From an uncultured Candidatus Binatia bacterium (GTDB taxonomy: Bacteria > Desulfobacterota > Binatia > UBA9968 > JAJDTQ01), in assembly GCA_965204235.1 (NCBI GenBank), contig OZ241979.1:3109902-3173901 (forward strand): DNA of 64,000 bases. Direction: 5' to 3'. The notes under the pieces are model-generated. The model saw only the letters and a program-made list of their open reading frames with translations, was not told the DNA's origin and made no database searches. Each line of letters starts with the position of its first letter. The first letter of the stretch is position 1. The translations under genes and the position numbers were made by a program. Positions 51,232 through 63,309 of the stretch are shown one piece after another.

Positions 51232-52761
51232 ATGACGAATCGCATGCGAAGGATGTTGCTGGCGCCGGTGGTCGCGGGCCTGGCTCTGGGCCTGACCGCA
51301 TCGGTGTCGTTGGCCCAGGAGAAGACCCGGGTCAGCATCGGCGTCACCGAGACCATGGAGACCGCCAATCCGTACGGCGACAGCGTCGCGCTGCTCTACG
51401 GCATATGGACCGAGATCACCGGCCCCCTGTGCAAGTACAACTGGCAGAAGGCCCGGTGGGAGCCGGGGCTGGCGAAGAGTTGGAAGGTCGAAGACCCCAA
51501 CAACTGGGTGTTCGTGCTGGACCAGGAGTACAAGTTCAACGACGGCAGCCCTGTGACCGCGGAAGACGTGGTCCACTCGCTCAAGCGCGTGCTCACCGAC
51601 CCCCAGAGCAAACAGAAGGCTTCGGTGGCCCGACCCGTCAAGGAGGCCGCCGCGGTGGACGAGTTCACGGTGCGGATCACCACCAAGAAACCCACCGCGC
51701 CGCTGCTGGACTTTCTCTGCGACGGCCTCATCATCACCAGCAAGGCCACTTTCGACAAGTACGGCGCCAAGGAAGCCGACAAGAACCACATGATGGGCGG
51801 CGGACCCTACGCCCTGGCCGAGCTGGTGCCGGGACAGCGGATGGTCATCGAGAAACGGCCCGACCACCCGGCCGCCAAGCAGAACCCCAACGCGCCTGAC
51901 GAGATCGTGTTCCGGGTCATGCGCGAGCCCGAGCAGCGCGTCGCGGCCCTCATGAACAACGAGGTGCAGATCGCACAGTTCATCCCGCCGCACCTGTACA
52001 AGACCGTGGACAGCTCCCCGAACCACAAGATCGTCCCCACCGACTCCATCGAGATCATGTTCCTGGCCATGCAGCCCAAGCCGCCCTTCGACAAGAAGGA
52101 AACCCGCCAGGCGGTGTGCCACGCCATCGACCGGGACAAGATCATCAAGACCCTGCTCCAGGGCCAGGCCAACCGTCTCGACGGTCCTCTGGGTCCGGGG
52201 CAGTTGGGCTACAACCCGAACCTGAAGACCCGCTATACCTATGATCCCGAGAAGGCGCGGGAACTGCTGGCCAAGGCCGGCTATCCGGACGGGGTGGCGG
52301 TGGAGCTGCAAACCCCGGTCAACCGCTACACCTTGGACAAGCAGGTGACCGAGGCCATGATCCCGATGCTCAACGCCGCGGGCTTCAAGGCCAGGCTGCT
52401 GACGCCCGAGTGGCCCACGCTCTGGGCCAACGTGCAGAAGGGCAGGGTGCCGTTCTTCTACATGGGCCGGGGCGGCGTGCTCGACCCGAGCTCCGCCTTC
52501 CACCAGTACTTCAGGAAGGGCGGGTCTCCGCGCATCGGCTTCTCCCATCCCGACCTGGACAAGGCGCTGGACATGGAGCAGCAGTCCTTCGACCCGGAAG
52601 AACGGAACCGGCACCTCACCACGGCCATGGAGCTCATCACGGACTTGGCCCCCGCCTGCTTCATGTGGCGGCACCAGTTGCTGTGGGGAATGGCCAGCAA
52701 CATCGACTATCAACCCCCGGCCGACGCCCGCATCTACGGCATGGACATCAGCGTCAAGTAG
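51232..52761 (+). CDS. ABC transporter substrate-binding protein, family 5 (DppA/OppA-like)
   Basis: ATG at 51232. Signal peptide MTNRMRRMLLAPVVAGLALGLTASVSLAQE. SBP_bac_5-like length (about 510 aa). Confidence 0.75.
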   Translation: MTNRMRRMLLAPVVAGLALGLTASVSLAQEKTRVSIGVTETMETANPYGDSVALLYGIWTEITGPLCKYNWQKARWEPGLAKSWKVEDPNNWVFVLDQEYKFNDGSPVTAEDVVHSLKRVLTDPQSKQKASVARPVKEAAAVDEFTVRITTKKPTAPLLDFLCDGLIITSKATFDKYGAKEADKNHMMGGGPYALAELVPGQRMVIEKRPDHPAAKQNPNAPDEIVFRVMREPEQRVAALMNNEVQIAQFIPPHLYKTVDSSPNHKIVPTDSIEIMFLAMQPKPPFDKKETRQAVCHAIDRDKIIKTLLQGQANRLDGPLGPGQLGYNPNLKTRYTYDPEKARELLAKAGYPDGVAVELQTPVNRYTLDKQVTEAMIPMLNAAGFKARLLTPEWPTLWANVQKGRVPFFYMGRGGVLDPSSAFHQYFRKGGSPRIGFSHPDLDKALDMEQQSFDPEERNRHLTTAMELITDLAPACFMWRHQLLWGMASNIDYQPPADARIYGMDISVK

Positions 52762-52901
52762 CAGGGTTCGGTTCCCACAAGGAGAGGGGCAGGCTGCCGA
52801 CTTCGGCAGCCTGCCCCTCTCCTTTCATGGTCGCGGGAAGCAGTCGTGAAGAACCCTGACGCCTCGAAGGCAGGTATCCGGGCGCAGGCGCGCCCGTCAG
52901 A

Positions 52902-53333
52902 TCAACTCTTCTTCGCCGCAGGCGCGGGTTCCGGCGGCTCCATGTCCCATCCCCTGGTCGAAATGTCCATGATGACGCCGTTGGGTCCCCGCACCTTCTG
53001 CTCGAAGTAGAAGCTGTCGTGCGGCCCCACCTTGTCGCCCAGTACCTCCACTTCGGTCTCGCCCAACCGGGAGTTGGCCTCTTCGAGGCTGTCCACCTGA
53101 AACCCCATGTGATGGAGCCCTTCGTAGCCGGCCCCGCCCGCCATGTCCGCGGCCTCGTCGGAGGGATAGTCCAGGAAGGCGAAGTTCACGTGCCCGTCCG
53201 ACAGGAACACGCCGCTTCCCCGGGGCGACTCGGGCACCCGCTTGACGAACTTCAGACCGAAGACCTTCTGGTAGAAGGCCGCGGTCTTCTCCGGGTCCTT
53301 GGTGGCGATTGCGATATGTCTCAAGCGCGCCAT
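52902..53333 (-). CDS. VOC (glyoxalase I-like) family protein
   Basis: 143 aa, MARLRHIAIATKDPEKTAAFYQKVFGL…, single VOC module. Confidence 0.7.
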   Translation of the reverse strand: MARLRHIAIATKDPEKTAAFYQKVFGLKFVKRVPESPRGSGVFLSDGHVNFAFLDYPSDEAADMAGGAGYEGLHHMGFQVDSLEEANSRLGETEVEVLGDKVGPHDSFYFEQKVRGPNGVIMDISTRGWDMEPPEPAPAAKKS

Positions 53334-53695
53334 GTGTCACCCCTTCTCCGGGAACCCTCGCCGAATCACATGGGCCAGCTATGCTCGGACACGTCCACGC
53401 GGTTGTCTTCGGGGTCCGTGATCCAGCTCTCCGCCCCCGGTGACGGAATACGGAAGGCATTGCCCTCATTTAGCCTTCCTTCGCCATCCCGTTCAACCCC
53501 TCGCTGCATCGCGGGGCGGGGTCGGGGCATCGACCCGGAAGCCGCGGCTGCCGGGTCGAGGTCCGCTCCCTTGACGTGTGATGCGTTGACGGCGATTCCG
53601 TGCTATCCATGGAAGCCGAGCTGCACCATGGACACACCATGGGCAGAAAGGCCCACAACAGGCCAAAACCAGCATGGAACCGTTCAGGAGCATGG

Positions 53696-54494
53696 AATGG
53701 GCAGCTTCGAACAAGCCTTCAGCGATACCGAGAGGGCCGCGAAATCGACACTGGATTCGGCCGGGGAATTGATCCGGCTGGCCAAGCAGTTGCAGAAGGC
53801 GTCCAGGGAAGGGAACCTCGCCGCCATGAAAAGGGTCCAGGGGAGACTCGACGACGCGATGGGGTCCCTGGGGCAGACGGTGGCCAACGCGGTCCAGGCC
53901 TGGCCGTTCCGGGAGGGCGAGGAAGAGCAGTACCTCAGGGACGGATATTCGGCCGAGTTGCGCCGCATCGCCTCGGAGCAAGGACTGGACATGCACGAGC
54001 GGGACGACCGGCTGATCTCCCACCCCTCCGTGGTGCGCATCCTGCCCGGCGAACGCGCGGTCAGGGTCGACAAGAAGAAAGTATCCTCCATCAGACCGTC
54101 CCACTTGGCGGACGTCCTGTTGAAGAACCAGGAGAAGCCCGGCCGCTACCAGTCGGGCGCTTTCCTCGAATCCCTCTACGCCGTGTACTCGGATATCGTC
54201 AAGGAAGAGAATCCGGACCGCCTGGTGAGAATCGCGGTGCGGGTCGTGCCCCTGGAAAGGATCTACCGGCTGTTCACCTCCTTGCCCGGCAGTAGCCGGG
54301 ACTACGACCGCACGGACTTCGCCAGGGACCTGTATATCCTGGATACGAAAGGACCCAAGCGCACGAAACAGGGCGCGGAGGTCTCCTTCCCGTCGTCCAC
54401 CGGCACACGGCGCTCGAAGGGAGTGTTTTCCTTCGTCGGACCGGATGGCCGCGACGTCCAGTACTACGGACTCCGGTTTACCGAGGGCGGCTGA
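53696..54494 (+). CDS. hypothetical protein, gene 1 of a four-gene SNF2-helicase operon
   Basis: ATG at 53696 with an AGGAG RBS 6 nt upstream. The ORF-track N-terminal extension is antisense to the VOC gene. 266 aa, α-helical and charged N-terminal half. No motif recognised. Confidence 0.55.
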
Positions 54495-55453
54495 TGGCGA
54501 ACCGCATCCCTCTGCGAGACTGGCTGCAATACATGGACGACGAGTACCTGTCCGCCTTCGTCAGGGACGGCGGCGCCTCCGTCAAGTTCGCCGTCACCGC
54601 GGACGAGTTGAAACCCGCCTTGCACGAAGCCGTAGCCGAGCGTTGCCGGAAGTTGGACTACGTTTTCGCGACCTTGGACGCCGCGGCCATGCGAGCGCAC
54701 ATGCCGCAGGACCTATTCTTCGGGCTGGCTCGCCAGATCGACTGGCGGCGCCTGGCCCGGCGGCTGATCCTGCGGCTGGCGGGCGACAAGGGTTACAAGG
54801 TCGAAGGCGTGGACCCCGGAGCGTCCGGCAACGTCTTTGCCGCGGTGGCCGACCGCAACGCCATCGACTTGCAGTTCTTCCTTCAGGACATCCGCCCGGA
54901 AATACAGCAGCGCGTCTTCAAGAACCGGGGGATGGCCAGGGACTTCCGAGTGGCCATGAGTCAACTCTGCCTCATGGAGAACACTCGCGACCGCGGCGAG
55001 TACGACGGCCAGCCCGTACTGGAGTGGCTGACCGGCGCCAACACGCGGGTCAGCAGCGTACGTCCCTTTTCCATCTACACCGGCATCCACCGCACCACCG
55101 CCCGGTACTTCATCGAATCCGCCCTCCACTGGGTCCGTCTGGCAGGGTATGCCGGGACCGTCGTCCTGCTGGACAACTCCCGAGTCACCCTGGCCCGCAA
55201 CCCCAGGGACGGCAAGCAGTACTACACCCGGGCCATGGCCATGGACCACTACGAACTGCTGCGCGAGTTCATCGACGACATCGACCGGTTGTCGGGAACC
55301 CTCCTGGTGGTGGTCGCCAACTCCGAATTCGTGGACGAAAGCGCCGGGTCCAGAGGCTATGGCATCTACCAGGCCCTGCGCACCAGGATCATGGACGACG
55401 TTCGAGACCGGAACCTGGTCAACCCCGTCGCTTCCCTCGTGCGATTGTCCTGA
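54494..55453 (+). CDS. hypothetical protein, gene 2 of the operon (ATGA-coupled to gene 1)
   Basis: The TGA of gene 1 and the ATG of gene 2 overlap at 54492–54496. 319 aa, no recognised motif. Confidence 0.55.
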   Translation: MANRIPLRDWLQYMDDEYLSAFVRDGGASVKFAVTADELKPALHEAVAERCRKLDYVFATLDAAAMRAHMPQDLFFGLARQIDWRRLARRLILRLAGDKGYKVEGVDPGASGNVFAAVADRNAIDLQFFLQDIRPEIQQRVFKNRGMARDFRVAMSQLCLMENTRDRGEYDGQPVLEWLTGANTRVSSVRPFSIYTGIHRTTARYFIESALHWVRLAGYAGTVVLLDNSRVTLARNPRDGKQYYTRAMAMDHYELLREFIDDIDRLSGTLLVVVANSEFVDESAGSRGYGIYQALRTRIMDDVRDRNLVNPVASLVRLS

Positions 55454-55468
55454 AGGGAGCTGCTCGTC

Positions 55469-56740
55469 ATGCTTGCGGATGAACCCTCGGTCCTGTCCTG
55501 CAGACGCGCCATCGAAGCGCTCCGCAACGGCGTTCCCAACGGGGACGCCGTGGAGATCCTGGGCTGCAACCAGCCCCGGGCGGTAGGCCGGTTCACGGAC
55601 CTGTTGGCCAGGGTCACGGACGCGGACGAACCGCCCGACAGCTCCTTGGGAATGCTGGTCTCCGGCGATTTCGGTTCAGGCAAGTCCCACCTGCTGACCC
55701 ATCTGGAGCGCCAAGCCCTGTCACAGGGCTTCGTTTGCAGCAAGGTGGCCATCAGCAAGGAGACGCCCCTCCACGACCTGGGCAAGGTGTTCCAGTCGGC
55801 GGTGGAGAACGGGCGGGCGCCGGGGCACGCCGGGCGGCTGATGGAAGAACTGGGGCAAGCCCTGAAACCGGACTCCCCGGCCTATGCAGCCTTCTTCCGG
55901 TGGGCCGACAAGGCCGCTCACGACAACCTTCTCAGTCCGATCTTCCCGGCGAGCCTGACGGTCCATGAAAGGTCGGAAGACCTGGAGCTCAAGGGTCAGG
56001 TCGAAGCGTTCTGGGCGGGCGACCGGATAAAGGTATCGACCATCAAGGACGGCTTGAGGAAGATCGGACAATTGCAGAACTACCCGTTTCGCGCGCCCAA
56101 GACGGCCGACCTGCCTCCGCAGCGCTTGCGGTTCGCCAACGAGCTCATCCGAGGCGCCGGTTTCAAGGGCTGGGTGGTGCTGCTGGACGAGATCGAGTTG
56201 ATCGGCTCCTACACGCTCCTGCAACGGGGCAGGTCCTATGCGGAGTTGGCCCGCTGGCAGGGGAAGGCCCACAACGAACCCTGTCCGGGACTGGTCGCCG
56301 TCGGCACCGTGACCGACGATTTCGCACTCGCGGTCATCAGCCCCGACGGGCGCAAGAAGGACCGCGACTACATCGGCGCGAAGTTGAACGGCAGCCGATA
56401 CAAAGGCATCACCGCCCGCGCCGAGACCGGGATGCGCCTGCTGGAACGCGAATGCCTGCCGCTGGCTTCGCCCACCGAAACCGACGTCCGGGAAACCGTG
56501 GAGAAGCTGCGGAGGATCTACGGCGCCGCCTACGGCTGGGACGCGCCGGCGCTTCGAGGAGATACGGGAGGCGCCGGGTTCCAGAACCGGATGCGGTACA
56601 AAGTCCGCGCCTCCATCAACGAGTGGGACCTGCTCAGGTTCTACCCCGGCTCCCGCCCGGAGATCGAAGGAGACGAGTTCCGCCACGTCTATGAGGTGAA
56701 CGCCGAACTGGAACGAGGTTCCGGGGACGACGCCGAATAG
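55469..56740 (+). CDS. P-loop NTPase, gene 3 of the operon
   Basis: Walker A LVSGDFGSGKSHLLTHLE. Walker B-like WVVLLDEIELIG. 423 aa. Confidence 0.65.
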   Translation: MLADEPSVLSCRRAIEALRNGVPNGDAVEILGCNQPRAVGRFTDLLARVTDADEPPDSSLGMLVSGDFGSGKSHLLTHLERQALSQGFVCSKVAISKETPLHDLGKVFQSAVENGRAPGHAGRLMEELGQALKPDSPAYAAFFRWADKAAHDNLLSPIFPASLTVHERSEDLELKGQVEAFWAGDRIKVSTIKDGLRKIGQLQNYPFRAPKTADLPPQRLRFANELIRGAGFKGWVVLLDEIELIGSYTLLQRGRSYAELARWQGKAHNEPCPGLVAVGTVTDDFALAVISPDGRKKDRDYIGAKLNGSRYKGITARAETGMRLLERECLPLASPTETDVRETVEKLRRIYGAAYGWDAPALRGDTGGAGFQNRMRYKVRASINEWDLLRFYPGSRPEIEGDEFRHVYEVNAELERGSGDDAE

Positions 56741-56776
56741 CAGGCGGCCGTCCCTTGCTCCGGAGGGTATGCTGTA

Positions 56777-58876
<2,100 letters not shown>

Positions 58877-58939
58877 ACGCACCCGGAGGAAAGCGCAAAT
58901 GAGGTCCGAGCTTCGTCATCCCTTGCCGCGGGGACCCCG

Positions 58940-59980
58940 GTGACGGGTCCGAAAACCGTACTGGTCACGGGCGCGAGCGGCTTCATCGCCAAGCGGGTGG
59001 CGCTCGAGCTGCTGAACGCGGGTTACCACGTGGTGGGCTCGCTGCGGTCGGACTCGCGCCGGAACGAGGTCCGGGACGCGGTCCGGCCGCACCTCGCCGA
59101 CGCCGACCGCCTCGACCGGCGTCTGCGCTTCGTGCTGCTGGACCTCAACCACGACGAGGGTTGGAGCGAAGCCATGACCGGCGTGGACGTGCTGATGCAC
59201 ACGGCGTCGCCCGTGCCCATGAGGCAGCCCCGGGACGAGAACGACCTCATCCGCCCCGCGGTGGGAGGAACGTTGCGGGCGCTCCGCGCCGCCCACGCAG
59301 CCGGCATCCGCCGCGTGGTGCTGACATCCTCCTCCGCCGCGGTCACCAACGTGGCCTGCGGCCCGGGGACGAGCAGGTTCGACGAGACGGACTGGAGCGA
59401 CCCCTCGTGGCCCGGGATCTCGCCCTACTCCAAGTCGAAGACGCTGGCGGAACGGGCGGCGTGGGACTTCGTGGAGAGCACGGCGCCGGAGATGGAACTC
59501 ACCGCCATCAACCCCTGCCTCGTCCTCGGCCGTCCCCTCGACGACCTCTACGGATCCTCGCTGCGCATCGTGGAACGGCTGCTCCGGGGCCGGGACCCCG
59601 TGGTGCCCAACGTGGGCATATCCGTGGTGGACGTGGCGGACGTGGCCCGCATGCACGTCCGCGCCATTGCGGCCCCGGGCGCCGCGGGCAAGCGCATCCT
59701 CGGCGCCGCGGAGTTCATGTGGATCGCGGAAATGGCCGGGACGCTGAAGGCTGCCTACCCCCAATGCAGGATCCCCGTGAGGGTCGGGCCCGACTTCATG
59801 GCCCGCTTGTGGGGGATCTTCGACCGGCAGATCCGGTCCATCACGCCTCTTCTCGGACGGCGCTACGAACTGGACAGCGCCCGGGCCCGGAGCCTGCTGG
59901 ACATCGACTTCATTCCGGCCGGAGAGAGCCTCCTCGCCGCGGCCGCCTACATCATGGAACGCGGTCTGGCCGGACGGTAG
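58940..59980 (+). CDS. NAD-dependent epimerase/dehydratase (extended SDR) family protein
   Basis: N-terminal VLVTGASGFIAKRVALELLNAGYHVVG Rossmann motif. 346 aa. Confidence 0.8.
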   Translation: MTGPKTVLVTGASGFIAKRVALELLNAGYHVVGSLRSDSRRNEVRDAVRPHLADADRLDRRLRFVLLDLNHDEGWSEAMTGVDVLMHTASPVPMRQPRDENDLIRPAVGGTLRALRAAHAAGIRRVVLTSSSAAVTNVACGPGTSRFDETDWSDPSWPGISPYSKSKTLAERAAWDFVESTAPEMELTAINPCLVLGRPLDDLYGSSLRIVERLLRGRDPVVPNVGISVVDVADVARMHVRAIAAPGAAGKRILGAAEFMWIAEMAGTLKAAYPQCRIPVRVGPDFMARLWGIFDRQIRSITPLLGRRYELDSARARSLLDIDFIPAGESLLAAAAYIMERGLAGR

Positions 59981-60034
59981 GCCCTTGCGAATCGAACCGT
60001 TCCGTGCGCGCCCGCGGGAAACGGAACCACGCCC

Positions 60035-60448
60035 TCAGAGGCCGGCCTTCGCCTTGATCTTGTCCACCAGCCGCACGGCCACGTCGATGTCCTCCTGCAT
60101 GGTGCGGCCGCTCACGCCCACCGCGCCCGCGGCCGCGCCGTCCCGGTCCCTGATGAGGACGCCGCCGCCGATGGACGTCAGGTTGGCGTCGCCGTAGGCG
60201 GCGATGCCGCGGTCGCCCACCATCTTCTCGATCTCCACCGAGTCCCGCCCGAACCACACCGCGGAATAGCCCTTGTTGTGGGAGAGTATGCTCGACCGGT
60301 AGGGCGCGCCGTCCATGCGGGTGTAGTGCAGCAGCTCCCGGTGCGCGTCGAGGACCGCGAAGGACACCGGCCGCCCGGTCTCGTTTGCCAGTTCGTCGAG
60401 CAGTTCCGCAGCGGATTCGTGTATCGCCTTGTGCGACAAGTCTGCCAT
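60035..60448 (-). CDS. GlcG/HbpS-like (DUF336) heme-binding protein
   Basis: ATG at 60448 (MADLSHKAIHES…), 137 aa. The C-terminal …GGGVLIRDRDGAAAGAVGVSGRTMQEDIDVA… is typical of DUF336. Confidence 0.6.
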   Translation of the reverse strand: MADLSHKAIHESAAELLDELANETGRPVSFAVLDAHRELLHYTRMDGAPYRSSILSHNKGYSAVWFGRDSVEIEKMVGDRGIAAYGDANLTSIGGGVLIRDRDGAAAGAVGVSGRTMQEDIDVAVRLVDKIKAKAGL

Positions 60449-60482
60449 GTGGGTAACCTCCGTCGGGTCATGGAGTGATGAT

Positions 60483-60545
60483 GGGAAACCCTGAACGATT
60501 GCCCTCGTTCGTCCTGAGCGAAGCGAAGTCGAAGGACGCGCTCTC
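60483..60545 (+). repeat. dispersed repeat, copy 6 (5' half only)
   Basis: GGGAAACCCTGAACGATTGCCCTCGTTCGTCCTGAGCGAAGCGAAGTCGAAGGACGCGCTCTCCAG. Confidence 0.75.
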
Positions 60546-60675
60546 CAGCCTGTTCTCTTATTGAGCGCCGCACGCGGAGTCAAGCGACGGCGGGTCCGTC
60601 CCGGGTACGGTCACGGCGGGGAGCCCTCGTCCCGGCCGCCGCGTTGATTCTTCGACCCCGCGAAGGTATAGCCTG

Positions 60676-61785
60676 ATGGGGCAGTACGGCCAGGACGGAA
60701 AGGAGAGCTGCGTGCGGAAGGGTCAAAGAGCGGAGCTGGGCGGCCGCACCCCTTACCAGAAGTGGGTCGCGTCTCAGGGCATACCGGTCCTCAGGGAGTT
60801 CTACGTGAAGGACCTCGGGGCCGTGGAGCTGGCGCCGTGGGAGTGGAAGGGCGGGCTGGGAGCGTACCTCAACCTCATCGGCACCGGGGAGAGCAACGAC
60901 TCCTACGTCTGCGAGATCCCTCCGGGCAAGAGCCTTCATGCGCAGCGCTACCTGTTCGAGGAGATGATCTACGTGGTGAGCGGGCGCGGGGCCACCTCCG
61001 TGTGGAACGACGACGGCCGCAAGAGCACCTTCGAGTGGGGCGCCGGAAGCGTGTTCTCCCCTCCCCTCAACACCTGGCGCCAGCACTTCAACGGAAGCGG
61101 CTCGGAGCCCGCGCGCTTCTTCGCCGTGACCTCCGCGCCGCTCGTGATCAACCTGTTCCACAACACGGACTTCGTCTTCGACAACCCGTTCGCCTTCGAC
61201 GACCGGTTCGACGGCCTCGAAGACTATTTCTCCGGCAAGGGCGAGCAGTACGACTTCCGCGCCATCAAGGTGTGGGACACCAACTTCATCGCGGACGCAA
61301 GGTCCATCGACCTCTACACGCGCGAGAACCGGGGCGCGGGCGGCCGGTTCCTGGGCATCGAGCTGTCCGAGAACTCCATGACCGCGCACATCGCCGAGTT
61401 CCCGGTGGGCACCTACAAGAAGGCGCACCGCCACGGGCCCGGGGCCCACGTGGTGATCCTCGGCGGCAAGGGGTTCTCCCTGATGTGGCCGGAGGGATCG
61501 GACATCCGGAAGTTCGACTGGGGCGAGCGAAGCGTGGTCGTGCCGCCGGAGATGTGGTTCCACCAGCACTTCAACTCCGGCGCCGTCCCCGCCCGGTACC
61601 TGGCGCTGCGCTGGAACAGCCGCAAGTTCCCCATGAGGGAGAAGGGCTTCGGCACGGACAAGAGCGTGAGAGAGGGAGGCGACCAGATCGAGTACGAGGA
61701 CGAGGACCCCGGGATCCGCGAGATCTTCGAGCGGGAGCTCGCCCGGGAAGGGTTGCAGTCCAGGATGGCGGCGGTCACGGGCTGA
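60676..61785 (+). CDS. bicupin protein (gentisate 1,2-dioxygenase-like)
   Basis: 369 aa with two cupin modules (…AQRYLFEEMIYVVSGRG… and …AHRHGPGAHVVILGGKGFS…WFHQHFN…). Confidence 0.6.
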   Translation: MGQYGQDGKESCVRKGQRAELGGRTPYQKWVASQGIPVLREFYVKDLGAVELAPWEWKGGLGAYLNLIGTGESNDSYVCEIPPGKSLHAQRYLFEEMIYVVSGRGATSVWNDDGRKSTFEWGAGSVFSPPLNTWRQHFNGSGSEPARFFAVTSAPLVINLFHNTDFVFDNPFAFDDRFDGLEDYFSGKGEQYDFRAIKVWDTNFIADARSIDLYTRENRGAGGRFLGIELSENSMTAHIAEFPVGTYKKAHRHGPGAHVVILGGKGFSLMWPEGSDIRKFDWGERSVVVPPEMWFHQHFNSGAVPARYLALRWNSRKFPMREKGFGTDKSVREGGDQIEYEDEDPGIREIFERELAREGLQSRMAAVTG

Positions 61786-61809
61786 CCGGAGCCGCCGAAA
61801 GGTCACGTC

Positions 61810-62772
61810 ATGGCAAGCAGGATGCGCATCTACTACCGGGCGTCGAGCCACGTGCCCCTGTGGAAGGTCATGGAGCAGGGAGGGTTCCTGGAGCGGCACG
61901 GGATCCACATGGACTTCGGTTCCATGGAGGGCATGCGCGGGAAGGCCATGCAGGGGCTGCGGGCCGGCGAGATCGACATCGTCTCCGGGAACCACCACAA
62001 CCTCTACGTGCGCCGGGCCCTCCACGGGGAGCCCTTCGTCCACGTGGCCCAGTCCAACAACCGGTGGCGCGAGAACTGCTTGGTGGCCGGAGACGGCGTC
62101 CACGGCCTCCCGGACCTCAAGGGCAGGCGGGTGGCGATGGACGACTTCGACAGCCACACCGGACTCAACGTGTGGCTGTTCCTGAGGCTCCACGGGATCG
62201 AGGAAGGGCGGGACGTGGAGTTGGTGACCGGCCCGAAGAACGCGGTGGAGCGCGTGCGCGGCGTCCTGTCGGGACGATACGACGCCACGTTCGTGCGCGC
62301 GGTGGACCGGCTGCGGGCCCGGGCCATGGACGCCAGGCTTCTGGAACTCCCGAGCATGGACATGATCGAGGGCGTGACCCTCACCACCACCACGACCTAC
62401 GTCCACGACCACCCCGAGGAGATCCGCTCCCTGATACGCGCCCTCGTGGACGGCGTCCACTTCTTCAAGACCCGCCGGGACGAGACCCTGAAGATCATCG
62501 AAACCCACTGCGGGGACAAGTACGAGTCGGACCAGGAGCTTGCCGCCTTCTACGAAGACCAGGCCGCTTCCCTGGAGCCCAGACCCTACCCCACCATCGA
62601 CGCCATCCGGAACGTCTTCGCCCTGGCGGTCAAGCGCCACCCCCAGGTGGCGGGCTTCAACCCCCTGGCCATGTGGGACCTGCACCACCTGCGGGAGATC
62701 GACGACAGCGGCTACATCGACGAGCTGTGGGGACCTTCCGAGGGAGGGCCCGGTCCGAGCACCCGGGGATGA
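61810..62772 (+). CDS. NMT1/THI5-like (SsuA/TauA-type) substrate-binding domain protein
   Basis: 320 aa, similar in pattern to 21983..22879. No signal peptide evident. Confidence 0.45.
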   Translation: MASRMRIYYRASSHVPLWKVMEQGGFLERHGIHMDFGSMEGMRGKAMQGLRAGEIDIVSGNHHNLYVRRALHGEPFVHVAQSNNRWRENCLVAGDGVHGLPDLKGRRVAMDDFDSHTGLNVWLFLRLHGIEEGRDVELVTGPKNAVERVRGVLSGRYDATFVRAVDRLRARAMDARLLELPSMDMIEGVTLTTTTTYVHDHPEEIRSLIRALVDGVHFFKTRRDETLKIIETHCGDKYESDQELAAFYEDQAASLEPRPYPTIDAIRNVFALAVKRHPQVAGFNPLAMWDLHHLREIDDSGYIDELWGPSEGGPGPSTRG

Positions 62773-62829
62773 CGTTGGGCCGCGCCGACCGTCGGCGCGC
62801 CGTCCCCGCACGGGACCCATGCGTTCCGC

Positions 62830-63309
62830 TCACTCGAACAGCCGCCAGAGGAGCGCTTCCGGCCAGTACACGCGCATGATCCGGTCGTACACGCCGTACT
62901 CGAACCCGGCGATGGCCGCGGCCATGCCCAGCGACGGGAGCCAGCCTGCCCCGTAGCTCTTCATGTAGAGGAAGACGAACAGCACCAGGGCCGCGGGCAG
63001 GCCCACCGCGAGTATGGCCAGCAGCAGGCCGATCAACCAGCACCAGACCTCCAGCGCGCCGCGCGGCAACGCTCCGGCGCCGCCCTCCTCGAACGAGGGG
63101 ATCTCGAAAGCCGGCCTGGCCTCCGGCTCCGGTTTGCGGCTCCGGCTCAGGTCCAGGATCAACTGCGCCGCCACCATGACCAGCCCGGCGCTGCCCAGCA
63201 CCAGCACGATGATGGACGCCCGCAGGGGCCAGTCCCAGGCGGCGATCATGGCCGCCAGAATGGCCAGCCCGATGAAGAGGGTGAAGAGGTCTGCGGGCCG
63301 GAACCTCAT
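62830..63309 (-). CDS. tripartite tricarboxylate transporter TctB-family small membrane subunit
   Basis: ATG at 63309 (MRFRPADLFTLFIGLAILAAMIAAW…). Four TM helices. It overlaps the downstream TctA ORF by 4 nt. Confidence 0.65.
   Translation of the reverse strand: MRFRPADLFTLFIGLAILAAMIAAWDWPLRASIIVLVLGSAGLVMVAAQLILDLSRSRKPEPEARPAFEIPSFEEGGAGALPRGALEVWCWLIGLLLAILAVGLPAALVLFVFLYMKSYGAGWLPSLGMAAAIAGFEYGVYDRIMRVYWPEALLWRLFE

Noticed and set aside
60580-62820. 746-aa minus-strand ORF antisense to the cupin and SBP genes
   Set aside because: Same GC artefact with an R/G/A/P-rich translation.
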